Source: Spizellomyces punctatus DAOM BR117
Taxonomy: Eukaryota
DNA: 64,000 nt
Assembly: GCA_000182565.2 (NCBI GenBank)
Contig: KQ257453.1
Strand: one strand, 5' to 3'
Position 1 is the stretch's first letter, and every line of letters begins with the position of its first letter. The position numbers and the translations under genes were made by a program. Below, one piece after another: positions 26,499-38,511 of the stretch. The notes beneath the pieces are model-generated. The model was given only the letters and a program-made list of their open reading frames with translations, ran no database searches and was not told the DNA's origin.

Positions 26499-29279
26499 CT
26501 GAAAGAAGACAACGCGGGCCGCTTCAATGGATTCAGCATAGTCGAAAGCATTTTGGATGTATTTAGGAAGAAATACAAACGTCTACTCATTGCACGCATA
26601 AATCTGGTAAACGCCGGAAGACAGTACAGCCACCAGTGCCTTGCGTCAACGGCACCACTACAATCTTTTTATGTCGAGGGATCGCACCAGAAGTGTTAGG
26701 TACGTATCCGCATTCTTTTATGCAGTCACCCACTTGAACAGCCAGTTGCATTCCATTATAACTTGAGCAATAGCTGGTCCAATGATTGGATAGACACTAG
26801 TACTGATATCCAACTCTTGAATGTGTTCACATTTGTTTAGATGTCCATACTATGTTGTGCCAGCCGCAGATCATTATACATGACAGTCCAGGATTCGGCT
26901 GAATGATCCAATAATAAGAGCATCTGCGTCATTTGAAGAGAGGCATTGCAATTTTCCAGATGCAAGCATTTGACAGCCCCATGAGCATGTCCGCGCCAAG
27001 TTCGCGCCTTGCAGCTGAGCGGTTTCAAGGGTAATCACAGGCCATGATGCGGGCGAAATAAGATCGGAGCTACATAAAAAAAAAAAAAGAAAAAAAATCC
27101 GACGGAGATACTCTATTCACCTGCCGCTATGGCGTCCGACGTGCAGATTTGATTTCACGTCCACCTGCTGTGTAAAATTAGGGAGAGGACTGTGCAGTAC
27201 AGCGCGGTTTATACTATTTTCATTGGACTGAACCGTACTTTTACGCGGTTTGCTTGCACTCTGTTCGATCGTGATATGATTTGCACGCACTACGCAGTGC
27301 TTTATTGAACAGATGACACACGCAACAAGCCCGAGATATAATGCTATGGGTCATTAATAAGAAAGCAGTCAGGATCCCTTTGCGGCAGGTGCCTTCCGCG
27401 ATATTATCAGAGGATGGGTAGTGGTGGTGGTGTCTAAAGACGAATATTGCTTTCAGGGCAAGATTCCTGCCATCTACGATTGGTTTCACAGTCAAAGGAT
27501 ATGCAACTGTGGAGCATACAATGCGGCTCAAAGGATGCCCGTCCATATGGAGTGTGCTGCGCGTTATACGATCCCAACGAAAGAACACGCGGTCCCAATT
27601 GTTCGTTGACAGCACGGGTTAAACCCACATTTTCCATGATCTCTGATCACCAACTTGTCCTCCTTTTTGTAAAACCTCCGGGGCCAAGCCGGAAAAGTTG
27701 CAAGTCGCCAACCGCCGGCCCGTTCGCCTCCCTTCTCAAGAGACTTAAAGCCCGGTGCCGAGAGGTAACTAGAAAGACGGGCTGAAACACAGCCAGACAT
27801 TTTGTTTGAATCTCTGGGGGACAAGAGTCAGATTGCGGTTCCGCTTGGGTGTTCTGGATGTGTGCCATAGCCACAGGTTTCTGCCTGTTTGTTTCCTTGG
27901 ATATATCGATCATGTATCGGTGATCAGGTTAAACGCCGCCAAACCCATGGCCCCATGCAACCTGCTCAAGAAAGGGTAAAACTATGGTGCCATTGTGTCC
28001 AAACAATACAATGGATGGTCGGGGGCCACTCTGCCAAGAACGGCCAAATGTAAGTTTGCCAGATCGCAAAATACTTGGTAGCTATGCAAATTCGGGAAAT
28101 ATATATCTGATATCCCTATGCCTCGGCAAGCGTAAAAGCCCATAGCTGCATTAAAAAAAAAAAAAAAAACATTTGGTAAAAAAACCACGGTTGCAAGTTT
28201 CATCCATTAAACAATGGCTTCCGACTGCCCATTGTTTCCTTCTTGGTGAGTCACAAGCGGCGCTATTTTCCATGGATGTGATCCACGTGATATCTTGCTA
28301 TCGCTACATCTTTTTACGTCAACGTCCCCGATTATTAACACTCAATCCAAAACTCAATCCCTTGAAAGCATCATTTTGACTTTGTACCTCCGATCGGACG
28401 TTCAACGACGTTCAAGCAAGAAAACCGCAGGGGAGGAAAAAGTCGTTGAAAGACGGGAGAGGGCTCAGCAACAAAAAACAAACAATGCCGTATGGGAGAG
28501 AATTTCCATAGCACGTCTTTATGGTTGCTCGGCCGTGTTACAAAAATTCATCATTGCCTGAACGCTGGGGGAGAGAGATTGACAGATCCCTCGGACCGTA
28601 ACCGTGGACAACGTACAAAAAGTTTGAGTCTATACGCCTCCGATTACCATCGGAATGTGTTTATCCGCGGAACTTCTTTTTCCGTGGCCTCCGGTTGAGA
28701 GAACCTTCTTCCCAGCCAAAAATGAACACGGTCACATTTTTTTATTTTGGACATGGGCCGGCATCCGCGGAGGATGGGAGACGTTTTTAGACATGGAAAT
28801 TGGAATGGAATGCAACGACCCTGGAGAGACACTCGAATGGTGGATCCATCAGTACTGGTTGATACTATGAATAGATTGGAATGCAGTCTAGTCACAATGC
28901 AGTTGGCTATGACCAAAAGGATCCAATCTTTGAAACGGGCGGGAACCTGAACGGAGGCTCGGAGGAACTCGATATTTGTATACATAACGATATACTCTCG
29001 AGAATTCTTGTTGGGCCGATGACAAGTTGAATTAAGGCGAGTGTCTGCAAGGCTGATGATTTATGAACGCAAGTTATCAGCTGTTTCCCCCTCCTCCTCC
29101 ACGTCTTGCCAAGATTTTGATTTTTTTTGAATGACGACGACGACGACATTTTGTTTTTGCTTGACACACATTTGACGTTGGCAAGGACATTGTCTTGAGA
29201 GATTTGCTTTTTTCTTGTTGTTGTTGTCGAGTCGCAAGTCTCCTCTCTATTTGTGACATTGAAGAAAACGTTCAAACAA

Positions 29280-31537
29280 ATGGGCAGCAACACTTTAATT
29301 CTCAACCACGATATCATCTCGTCCTCACCGTCTGCCCGTCAGTCTGCACATGCCGCCAGCAACTCGGGTTCACGACAATACCAGACGGCTCAACGTCTTC
29401 GACATACCATTGGAACAAATAAAGTGTGGGCTTGCGACAGATGTAAGTTACCAGCTGTGAAAGGCCTCCCGCAACCGATCCGTGCCCCGTTTACTAATCA
29501 ACTCTTATGTGACGCGTTTACCATCTACCAGGCTACCGTCTCAAAATCAAATGTGATTCTGGACGACCTTCCTGCGCTGCCTGCAAGAAACATGACCTAG
29601 GAACGGCTTGCACGTACGGAGGAGCTGAACGAACCAACAGCTCAAGTCGACGAGGTCGGAGATATGACACTGCGGGCTACGTACGCATGTTGGAGGCTCG
29701 TGTGAGAGAGGTGGAATGTCTTCTTCAGGACAAGCGACAGCAAGGCCCAGAGAGGGTTACTCCTACTCCGTCCGAGGTTCCTACAGAATCATATGCTCGT
29801 GCACATAGCGAGCACTATTCTGACGCCAGCCAGTACTCGGACGGCAGTGTGTCACCTCCACGATCAGCTTCCCAGGATCTGTTTTCATCAGAAGTGCAAC
29901 GTGACTTGGTGGATACCTTTTTCCGAGAACTACTTCCATTGTAAGTAGTCTCATATATGCCCAGCCGCGTGTGGGCACTTGGCTAATGTTCATTTATTCA
30001 TCTCCTTTGAAGCATGTATTGTACACCTTTCCACGAACCCACCTTTCTCTCCAAATTATGTTTCGACCGACCCGATCACTCGTACTTTTTAGTGACAGCT
30101 ATATGTGCCATTGCAGCACCATATTCTCATAATCCTGTAGTAAGAAGCTTTGTGTCACAAAATGGACTACCAAACTATCGGGCAGGCGATGCATACTACC
30201 GCAGAGCCCGCTCAATAGCCAATGAAATCATTAATGATCCCTCTTTGGAACTTATTGTTGGGTTAATATGGACGGCCGCCGCGGCGACCGCTATGGGTAG
30301 AGGTAAGGATCTGAACACAAATCATTGACATGTGTGCTATCTGTTTCCTAAGCAACTACCGTTCTATTAGATGGTGGACTCAAGTCTAGCTTATTAAAGC
30401 AAGCGCTTCATGCTGCATTAGAGCTGCGGCTAAACATAGACCCTGATGTAGAGGACGTTCATGGTGTGTTACCTTGGCTAGCAAAGGAAATCCGGCGAAG
30501 AGTGTGGTGGCTGCTGTGTTCCGTGAGTATACTGTGGAATCTTGCGCTGCTGCAAGTATCGTTCGCGCTGATGTTTATATATTTTCGAACAGGTTGATGT
30601 CATCAACTCGCTGCCTAATGATGACCGGCCGCCGTCAATAGATAACCGCGATCATCCCATCACTGAACGCACGCCATGCCTTCAAGGATGGAGACAGACT
30701 CCACGTGCTCCCTCTCCTGAAGCCCTTTTTCAGTCAGTAGTGACAGAAAACGGCCTACCCAGGATGAGCGCGTTTGTCCCCGGCGTTGATTTCGACGGGG
30801 CAGAAAGCACTATCGGTCTGACCAAAATATTTGGGAGAATAAAGCAACTGCGGGGTTCCGCATGGGAAATGGCACAAAAGGCTACTCGACGTAGCTCGCC
30901 TGATTCTGACAGCTACCCTAGTGTTAATGTCAGGCGGCAGGAACGGATTGCTGAATTAGAGATGGATTTGCGTGCTTGGTTCGCGGCTTTGCCCTCTTGG
31001 GCGCAAAACATTGACCAGGCCACGGACTTTGCGCCTTCTCCTATGAGCACGAACCCACCTCCGTGGCAACTACTTGTTCTTCATCTCTTTTACAACTCTG
31101 CCCACATTGCCCTCCACCTCCCAACCATGCTCGACGCGGCAGTTCCGCATTCTCCATACGCAGGCGATACCCCCGAACACATCCTCGTAGCCAATGCATA
31201 TAACATTTGCCGCCACTACGCACACCGCTCCAGCCAGCTCCTGCGCCGAGCACAGGAACTAAATCCTTCGGCTCGGTTTCATGGACCTTGGTCGGCTCTC
31301 TTTGTCTTTTACTCGGCCCTCGTGCTCGTTATCGCATCAAAGACATCAACGGATAGGCAGCATCTAGCGGATGTCAGACGAGATTTAGATGCACATTTAC
31401 GTCTATTGCGGCATTTGGGTGAGAAATGGTTCTCTGCGAATCGGACGCTTAGAATCTTGATGTCCGTTATTGCTGAGGGAGAGGAAGCCGACGGGGCTGT
31501 ACTGGCTTCTTGGAGCGGTAATTCATTTGCAGTGTAG
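29280..31537 (+). CDS. Zn(II)2Cys6 fungal transcription factor with fungal-specific TF (MHR) domain
   Basis: Spliced ACDRC-YRLKIKC-DSGRPSC-AAC-KKHDLGTAC; KEIRRRVWWLL motif of the middle homology region. Confidence 0.92.
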
Positions 31538-31966
31538 ATTTTGAGTTTTTTTTTTTTTTTTTTTGCGTGAGGCCTTTGGATTTGAACCGACTTTTCTACT
31601 TACTCTCTTTACCGGTAGCTTACTTGTACAAATTTTATAAGAGACATTCGATTTACAGATTGAAGGCTTACTGAACATAATATGTCACTACGACAGATGA
31701 ATTGCTTTTTGTGTGCATGATGGCTAGTACAACCTGAACGATGCGTATTCAAAAACATGTTCAGCATCATCTGTAATGGGAGTCACTGCCTCTTTGGACT
31801 TTTGCTTAGGTAGCCACGTAGATCACGTGAAGACGCGCTGGGGTGGTGAGGCGCACGCTTCTGGACTTGAGGCACCTCTCCACCCCCCATCACGGCGCAT
31901 CCAGTCCATCGTTCAAAGGTTCATTCTGCCTACTCATCTACTGGTCACCTTATCCAAGAATCATCC

Positions 31967-34533
31967 ATGTCTTTTACGCGAAGTATGTATCAATAGACTG
32001 GTTTTCCTGTGAAAAAGAAAAGTTTCCTGAAGGTCTTCCTCACTCTGTTTTTATATCTATAGAGGCAACGTTTGCTGCACAACCGACCACTGAGCGTGGT
32101 CGACCCGTACATTTGGGCGGTGATCCCAAAGGAAAGAACTTTCTTTATACCAACGGTCGTGCGGTCGTGATTCGCAACTTGGCGGTAAGTCTTGCCAATA
32201 AAGTTGGGGTTTGGGCAGAACACCAAGATGGTCTACTTGTGAAGGGCAACTCATATGGCGCGTAGCCAATGGGTTCATGTCAAGCGCATAAGCATAATAT
32301 TCATGTACCTTTTATTTTATTAGAACCCAGAGATTGCCACCGAATATACCCAACATACGTCTCAAGCGACTGTTGCGCGATACTCTCCCAGCGGATTCTA
32401 CATTGCCTCTGCAGGTTTGCATTGCCACATTTGCCATACCGCGGCCCACGGCGTTATTTCTAATTTGGGAATCTGTAGATGTTCAAGGCAATATTCGTAT
32501 TTGGGATACAGTCGGCACGGAAAACATTATCAAGACTGAAACCAAAGTGTTTTCTGGAAAAGTCAATGACCTTGCATGGGATTTTGAAAGCAAGCGTATT
32601 ATTGCGGTTGGCGAAGGAAAGGATCGGTATGTCTTTGCGAGCTCAGCGCTTATCAAGGTGACATTCCTTGTCTGACGTTACTTTTTTAGATTTGGACACG
32701 CGTTCTTGTTCGATACGGCTTCTTCAGTCGGTGAGATTGGCGGTCACAGTAAAGTCATCAATTCCGTGGACATCCGTCCTGGTCGTCCCCTCCGCGCGAT
32801 TACAGGATCAGATGATATGACTGTAAACTTTTACCACGGTGTACCTTTCAAATTCAACAAGTCGATCAATGACCATTCCCGATTCGTTCAATGTGTTCGA
32901 TACTCTCCATCGGGTGACCACTTTGTTTCTGCTGGGTCCGATGGAAAGGTGCGATTTCTTGTCTGACGCTGTGTGTGCTGCATTAGCTCTGTCATTGATA
33001 TGCCTTGTAATTTTAGTTGTTTCTGTATGACGGTAAAGAGGGAACCAAGATTGCCGAGCTTAGTGCAGCGGAAGATAGTCATAAAGGCGGTATCTATTCT
33101 GTGTCGTGGAGCCCGGACGGCAAGAATTTGCTGAGTGCCTCTGCGGATATGACGACGAAACTTTGGGACGTGGCGTCTCAGAAAGTGGTTAGGTATAATT
33201 CTCTTACAAACAAACCTCAATGTCGTTGCCTACTTTCCCACTCAACTCTATTCAATCTTTCAGCACATGGTCATTCTCAAACAACCCATCTCTTGAAGAT
33301 CAGCAAGTTGGCAGCTTATGGCAGGGCGACTATCTCATTTCTCTCTCACTTTCCGGCGACATTAACTACTTGAACAAGTCTTCGGGTGGTCTCGCCAGAG
33401 TAGTGAAGGGTCATCAACGAGGCATAACGGCGCTTGCGGTAGATAGCAACAAGACTTTGTTCAGTGGTAGCTACGACGGACGAGTATGTGCATGGAGTGA
33501 CGGATCTAGCGGGGCCACGATACCCACCGGAACGGGCCACTCCAACCAAGTCTCGAACTTGGCTGTGGATGGCGACAAAGTGTACTCTGTTGCAATGGAT
33601 GATACGTTACGCAGTATCTCAGCATCCGCAAACCCGGTAGCTTTCGAGTAAGTCGAAGCACGCAACGTATAATTTTGGCTAATTGCTGATTGCGTCATTT
33701 GTTACCGTAGTTCCACTGCGATTGCCACTGGCGCACTTCCAAAGGGAGTGGGAGCAAAGAATGGAACAGCTATCGCCGTAACGGTCAACAACGACGTTAT
33801 TGTGTCCAAGAATGGAAGCAAAGTATCCGAGTTGAAGGTTTCCTGGGTCCCCTCATCCGTTGCAATTGCTCCGAACGGAAGCGACGTGGCTATCGGCGGC
33901 GAGGTGCGTTCCAAAATCTCAACGGCAATGCATGTGTACTATACTCCATATAACCCACACTATTCTTACAGGATCATAAAGTACATCTGTACACCCTTGC
34001 CGATGGTCAACTAAAGGAAAAAACTGTACTAGAAAGCAATCGCGGCCCAGTAACCGCCTTAGCCTACTCTCCCAATGGAGCCCTTTTGGCAGCAGCCGAT
34101 ACCCAACGAAATGTCTTTGTCTATGATACTGCTACAAACCAACTTAAAATCCACCAATGGGTCTTCCACACCGCCCGAGTGAATTGTGTCGCTTGGGCGC
34201 CAGACTCGTTGCACGCTGCATCTGGATCGTTGGATACTAATGTAGAGGTGTGGAGTGTGGAGAAGCCTATGAAGCATATTACGATTCGAGGTACTTGTCT
34301 TTTGTTTAAAGCGCTTTTGGTGGGTGTTTGTTAACCGTCATTTCCGTGATGCTGTAGGGGCACATCTGGAGTCGGTGAATGGAGTGGCATTTTTGGATAA
34401 TAATACACTAGCATCTGCTGGTGGTGATGCTACGATTAAAGTAAGGTTTTTAAAAACCATAGTCTGTCAGATATGTTTACCAGCATTGACTTTTACTTTT
34501 CTGGCATAGATATGGACATTGACATATGCGTGA
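31967..34533 (+). CDS. WDR1: WD40 actin-interacting protein 1
   Basis: FAAQPTTERGRPVHLGGDPKG, FDTASSVGEIGGHSKVINSVDIRPGRPLRAITGSDD, WVFHTARVNCVAWAPD; about 10 exons. Confidence 0.94.
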
Positions 34534-35311
34534 GAGTAAAGAGGTACATCTTGGACGTGAATTGGAAAATTTGAGGCGTTGGCGTAGATTTAGATAGTTG
34601 CGTCTATCAATGGTTTAATCTTATCTTGTGGAGTTGTTCAATATCCTTGCTACCAATTGGTCAGATATCGCTGCATTTCGTCTCACAGTTGGTTTTGTTT
34701 GTATTTTGTATCACTCAGCACGGGCACAAATTACATGTGCTTAAGACACATATTCAAAGTTATCAATACTGGTCTTCACCTCCGGATACCATTTCGATGG
34801 CATATCCAGTTTAGCGACTATAGCAAAAGGACCAGTGGAAGATAAGCTACGGTTAAAGCACGGTTCCATCAATACCGGTGCGACCTAAGAAAAAGACGGG
34901 TACATGAACATCAGTTATAAGAAACCATGCAAACAAACTGAACAAATTGTGATGGGGCTCAAATCTTGGATCCAGTCCTGAGTAGCAACATCCAGATGGG
35001 CTTCCAGCGCTCACTATATCCTGATATCCATGTTCCCAAGTTTTCTGATCCTCTCCTGGCTCCCAGGATCCAGAATCGCTTCAAATTGGTCAAAAAAGAA
35101 AAATTCACAAGAGGCATGATCCGTAATGTCATCTTTTCAGGTTTTTCCCATTTTTCGTGATTCCATATATACTCGGACAGTCCTGATTCCAAGCTGTCAA
35201 AGGGGGTTTCCTGGTCATACAATCAAAGCCCCGACTGGAGAATATTCCTGCAGCAGTCCTTCGTACCGAAAGTTGTCCATTCGAACCCGCCACGCCCACA
35301 GTCATAAAGTC

Positions 35312-36216
35312 CTACCTGGGAGAGGCAGCACGATGCCGAGAATTGTAACCATCGCGATCACGTCCATTCCGATCACGACCGTAATCCCTTCTCGGAGGCG
35401 ATTGGTCGTATCTACGTGGCGGAGGCGGAGACCTGTCGTCCCTGTAACGGGAAGGTGGAGAAGGGTCTGGTAGTCGACGAGATGAATGCCTGTCCCGGTC
35501 CCGGTAGCCTCCGCGCGGGGATGGAGACCGTCTCCGCGACGGCCCAGGAGAGCGGGAACGATAGTGTGCAGGCGGTGAGCGCGACCGACCTCTCCCTGAC
35601 CCTCCTCTAATGCAACAAACATGCCGTTAATAATTAGCTCCTGGTAAACACTTCAAGTCACTCCATACCGGCAAAACTTTGCAAGATGCCCTACTTCGCC
35701 GCACTTGAAGCATTTGCCTGATCGAACGTCCAATCCCTTATCTACATTCTCTGGACATTCCCTATTCAAATAGTCTTGTAAATGACCGAATCTCACTGGA
35801 AGATCTAGGAAAAATATGAAACTCATCGTTACGCACCGGACCCAATGTCCAACCTGCCCACAAATAAAACAATTGGAAGTGGCATTTCCTGCCCGACGAG
35901 AAAATTCCACTACCAATCGTTGTCCCTCAAAAATATATCCGTTAAGAGCGTGCATTGCGTCTTGCGCATCGCGAGGGTCGTCTTTCGCAAGATTATAATG
36001 AGAATCAGGTATATGATTGTATGTGACCATGTCAGGCTTACCATATTCCACAAATCCATATCCAGCAGGTTTCACTTCAACATTGAGAACTCTTCCGTAC
36101 TTTGCGAACATGTCTTCCAGATCCCGTGTATTAGCCCTCGAAGAGACGTGACCAATGTAGAGCTTGGCAGGACCAGCGTCGCCATCTGGGCCAGAACTGC
36201 TGTGTAATCGGGACAT
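35312..36216 (-). CDS. SR splicing factor: RRM, two CCHC zinc knuckles, RS/SP-rich tail
   Basis: KLYIGHV..YGFVEY..DAQDAMHALNG RRM; knuckles CFICGQVGHW|.REC and CFKCGEVGHLAKFC; last exon GRSRSPPAHYRSRSPGPSRRRSPSPRG...SPR*. Confidence 0.88.
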
Positions 36217-36443
36217 GATCTTTTTGGTTTTCAACGTTTGTAAACCTTGTTTTTGACGTTCTTTGTGGGGTTGATATCCAATTTGGGCGTTGCGTAACAA
36301 CGGATGGCACAGTCGATATCGTAATGACCCAACCAGGCAGCGATTTGTAGTGTATTAGGTGACAGAACTGGCACTAGCTACTATACCACGGAATAAACCG
36401 GCGACAACCGGTTCGGAAAAGCTAACTAACTACTACTAGGCAA

Positions 36444-36799
36444 TTATACACGCAATACGTAACGGTTGGTTCTAACCGGATAATTGCCCACCATCACAGG
36501 CGGTCCTTGATCCAGAACTCTTGATGGCATTGAAGCCAGACTCTTGCATCCAGGAGCGAATCGACTGGGCAGCGTCACAAGCTGGGGGATTTTCAGTGAC
36601 AAGGCTTGGAGACTAAAACTGCATGTCAGCGACAGAATAACATGAAAAGAGATGATGCCATCGATACATACCAACCAAGCTCAACAAGTGTAGCAGCATA
36701 AAAGTTGGTTTTGTTATCGGATCCAATTGGTTGCCGCTGGTTCTGATCACGATTGCTGTCGGGCGGTCGAGGTCCTCGGCACCAGAGCAATATTCTCAT
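36444..36799 (-). CDS. Small spliced ORF (~98 aa), MRILLWCRGPRPPD family copy 1
   Basis: catcATG start 87 nt downstream of TATAAAA; GTATGT donor at 36671, GCTGAC branch, acceptor at 36613 or 36619; frame stays open to TAA at 36444. Confidence 0.55.
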
Positions 36800-36885
36800 G
36801 ATGGACTTGAGACTTGAGAGTTGGGCAGATGCTTTGCAAGTCGAGGGTAAAGAACAAGAAGGGGAAAAGAGACAGAAGGTCCCCC

Positions 36886-36892
36886 TTTTATA
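36886..36892 (-). promoter_or_regulatory. TATA box (TATAAAA) of repeat copy 1
   Basis: GGTCTATAAAAGGGG on the minus strand, followed by a pyrimidine-rich leader; identical context in copy 2. Confidence 0.7.
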
Positions 36893-37094
36893 GACCTTTG
36901 GCATGCGGCTCACCGCAGTTTAAAAAAAAAAACATTACATGCATGCCACACCGCTTTGAGCGATAGATGGGGGTGCTGATTATGCGATATGATTAACCGG
37001 ATTAATCCGGATAATAATGAGTCCTAGTGCCATTTTCAATCACCTCCACACTATGTACAGTAGCTTGTAGATTTGCAGGATCTCTCACCTGAAC

Positions 37095-38024
37095 ATGGGC
37101 ATTACCTGGTGAGTTTCAAAAGGTCAACGTACTCCTAGGCTTGCGTATTTGTTGCTCTAAACTTTATTCTTGCAAGTTAAGCCTTCTCTACTTGCCGAGC
37201 GCCCCTTCGACCGCTGTGGACCATATCAATGAGCGCTTGACGGACGACCTTGACTTTACCGAACTTGACGAACCATGGCTGGTAACCTGTCGCTCATACA
37301 GAGACCAGGTTGCAATGCGCCAACGGGCAGCTGCAAACTCTGGGCCTAAGGCGGGCTCCAATTCCTCATATGTCCCGAAAATACAGTACCTCCTTACATT
37401 TGGGCATGTAGAAAAAATGTTTTCCATGGTTGCGACAATGGGTGGACGACGAACGGGGGAGAATGCGGGAAAGGGAGAAACAGGAATAGTGGTGGAAGTG
37501 GATAGGGATTTTGAACTTATATTAACAAAGTTGAAGAATCTCTGGACAAAGCGACAGGAGGTTGTCGTGGAGGTACTGCTTCGCCCGAAACGTGAACATC
37601 CACTCAAGAGTACTGAACGTCTACGTTTTGTCGGTGGCCTCACGCTTAGGGTATTGCATACGAGCACGGTGACTATATCATACGAATAGGCTCCATGCGA
37701 ATAGGCGGTGAGCTAGTGAGAGGCCTATTCGTGCAGGTACGTCCTGGCTGTCGCGTCATCCACCCATGAAGAGCTGCTCATTCTTTAAGCAAGGCAGAGA
37801 ATGTGAAGTTGGAAGGATCCTCTTCGGCAGCCCTGCCGGGACTTCGGGGTGTTCTGCGGGGTGCTCTGCAAGGAATACCTGGAATCAGCGACATCGAGCT
37901 GACTTTGGCGTTACATGGACGAAGCATGAGAAAGCAGGCAAGCGCGCTGAATGCCGAAGAAAGCGCTAACAAGCTGGGAGCTCTGAAAAAAACTGAAAGG
38001 TGGTTATCGTACAGGCGGATTTAG
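37095..38024 (+). CDS. MED20: Mediator complex subunit 20
   Basis: Micro-exon MGITC, then VEVDRDFELILTKLKNLWTKRQEVVVE|GIAYEHGDYIIRIGSM..RGLFVQ, matching Med20 (MGVTC.., DFLVKVG..RGI.VEVE). 3' end approximate. Confidence 0.8.
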
Positions 38025-38511
38025 CAATTCATCCAACTCACATCAAATTGTCATAGTATGACTATGCCGACCAAACGGCCAGCGGATGTAGCGATAAGGT
38101 AAGACTTTGCAAAGGCTGACCTTGGCAATGCATTATTAACCGCTGTTCCATCTGGTCTTCAAGAGACCCGAAACGTCCGCGTATCCAAATACCCGAGGCA
38201 GATTTAGATGGGAATGATTGGCATGAATATGCAGCGGTTCGATTACGAGAGGACGAGTTCACACGGGCGCATGAGGCGTACCAATTTTTTCGGCTGTTCA
38301 GGCAGGAGGGCTTATTATGAGAGAAAATGTTTTGTTTCTTGTGTTACCACGCTCTAGTGCGCTGCATCTTCTGCTTTATGTTTATCGAATCGCTCCGGTT
38401 CGCTAGCCAGTCACGTAGCAAACTTTACCCGGTCTTACTTGTACATTAATGTATTCTTATATGCTATTTACAAATTCAATTATAGTTACATGATACAGAT
38501 ATCCAAAAGGT

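Larger units (their letters stand above)
36348..37006. repeat. Dispersed direct repeat, copy 1 (homologous to 41293-41903)
   Basis: Blocks 36390-36497 and 36753-37006 align by eye with 41335-41468 and 41645-41903 (e.g. gaggtcctcggcaccagagca; ttttatagacctttg; gggggtgctgattatgcgatatgattaaccggattaat). Confidence 0.92.

Noticed and set aside
26500-29270. Many short ORFs in the 2.8-kb gap before the Zn2Cys6 gene
   Set aside because: No recognisable domains or coherent splice pattern, and poly(A) tracts are present; probably regulatory or intergenic.
36752-36792. Possible HDV-like ribozyme (ggtcctcggcacc loop) in the duplicated unit
   Set aside because: No G1 or J1/4 GG for P1.1 and no convincing P2/P4. 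The synonymous-only changes fit coding on the opposite strand better.
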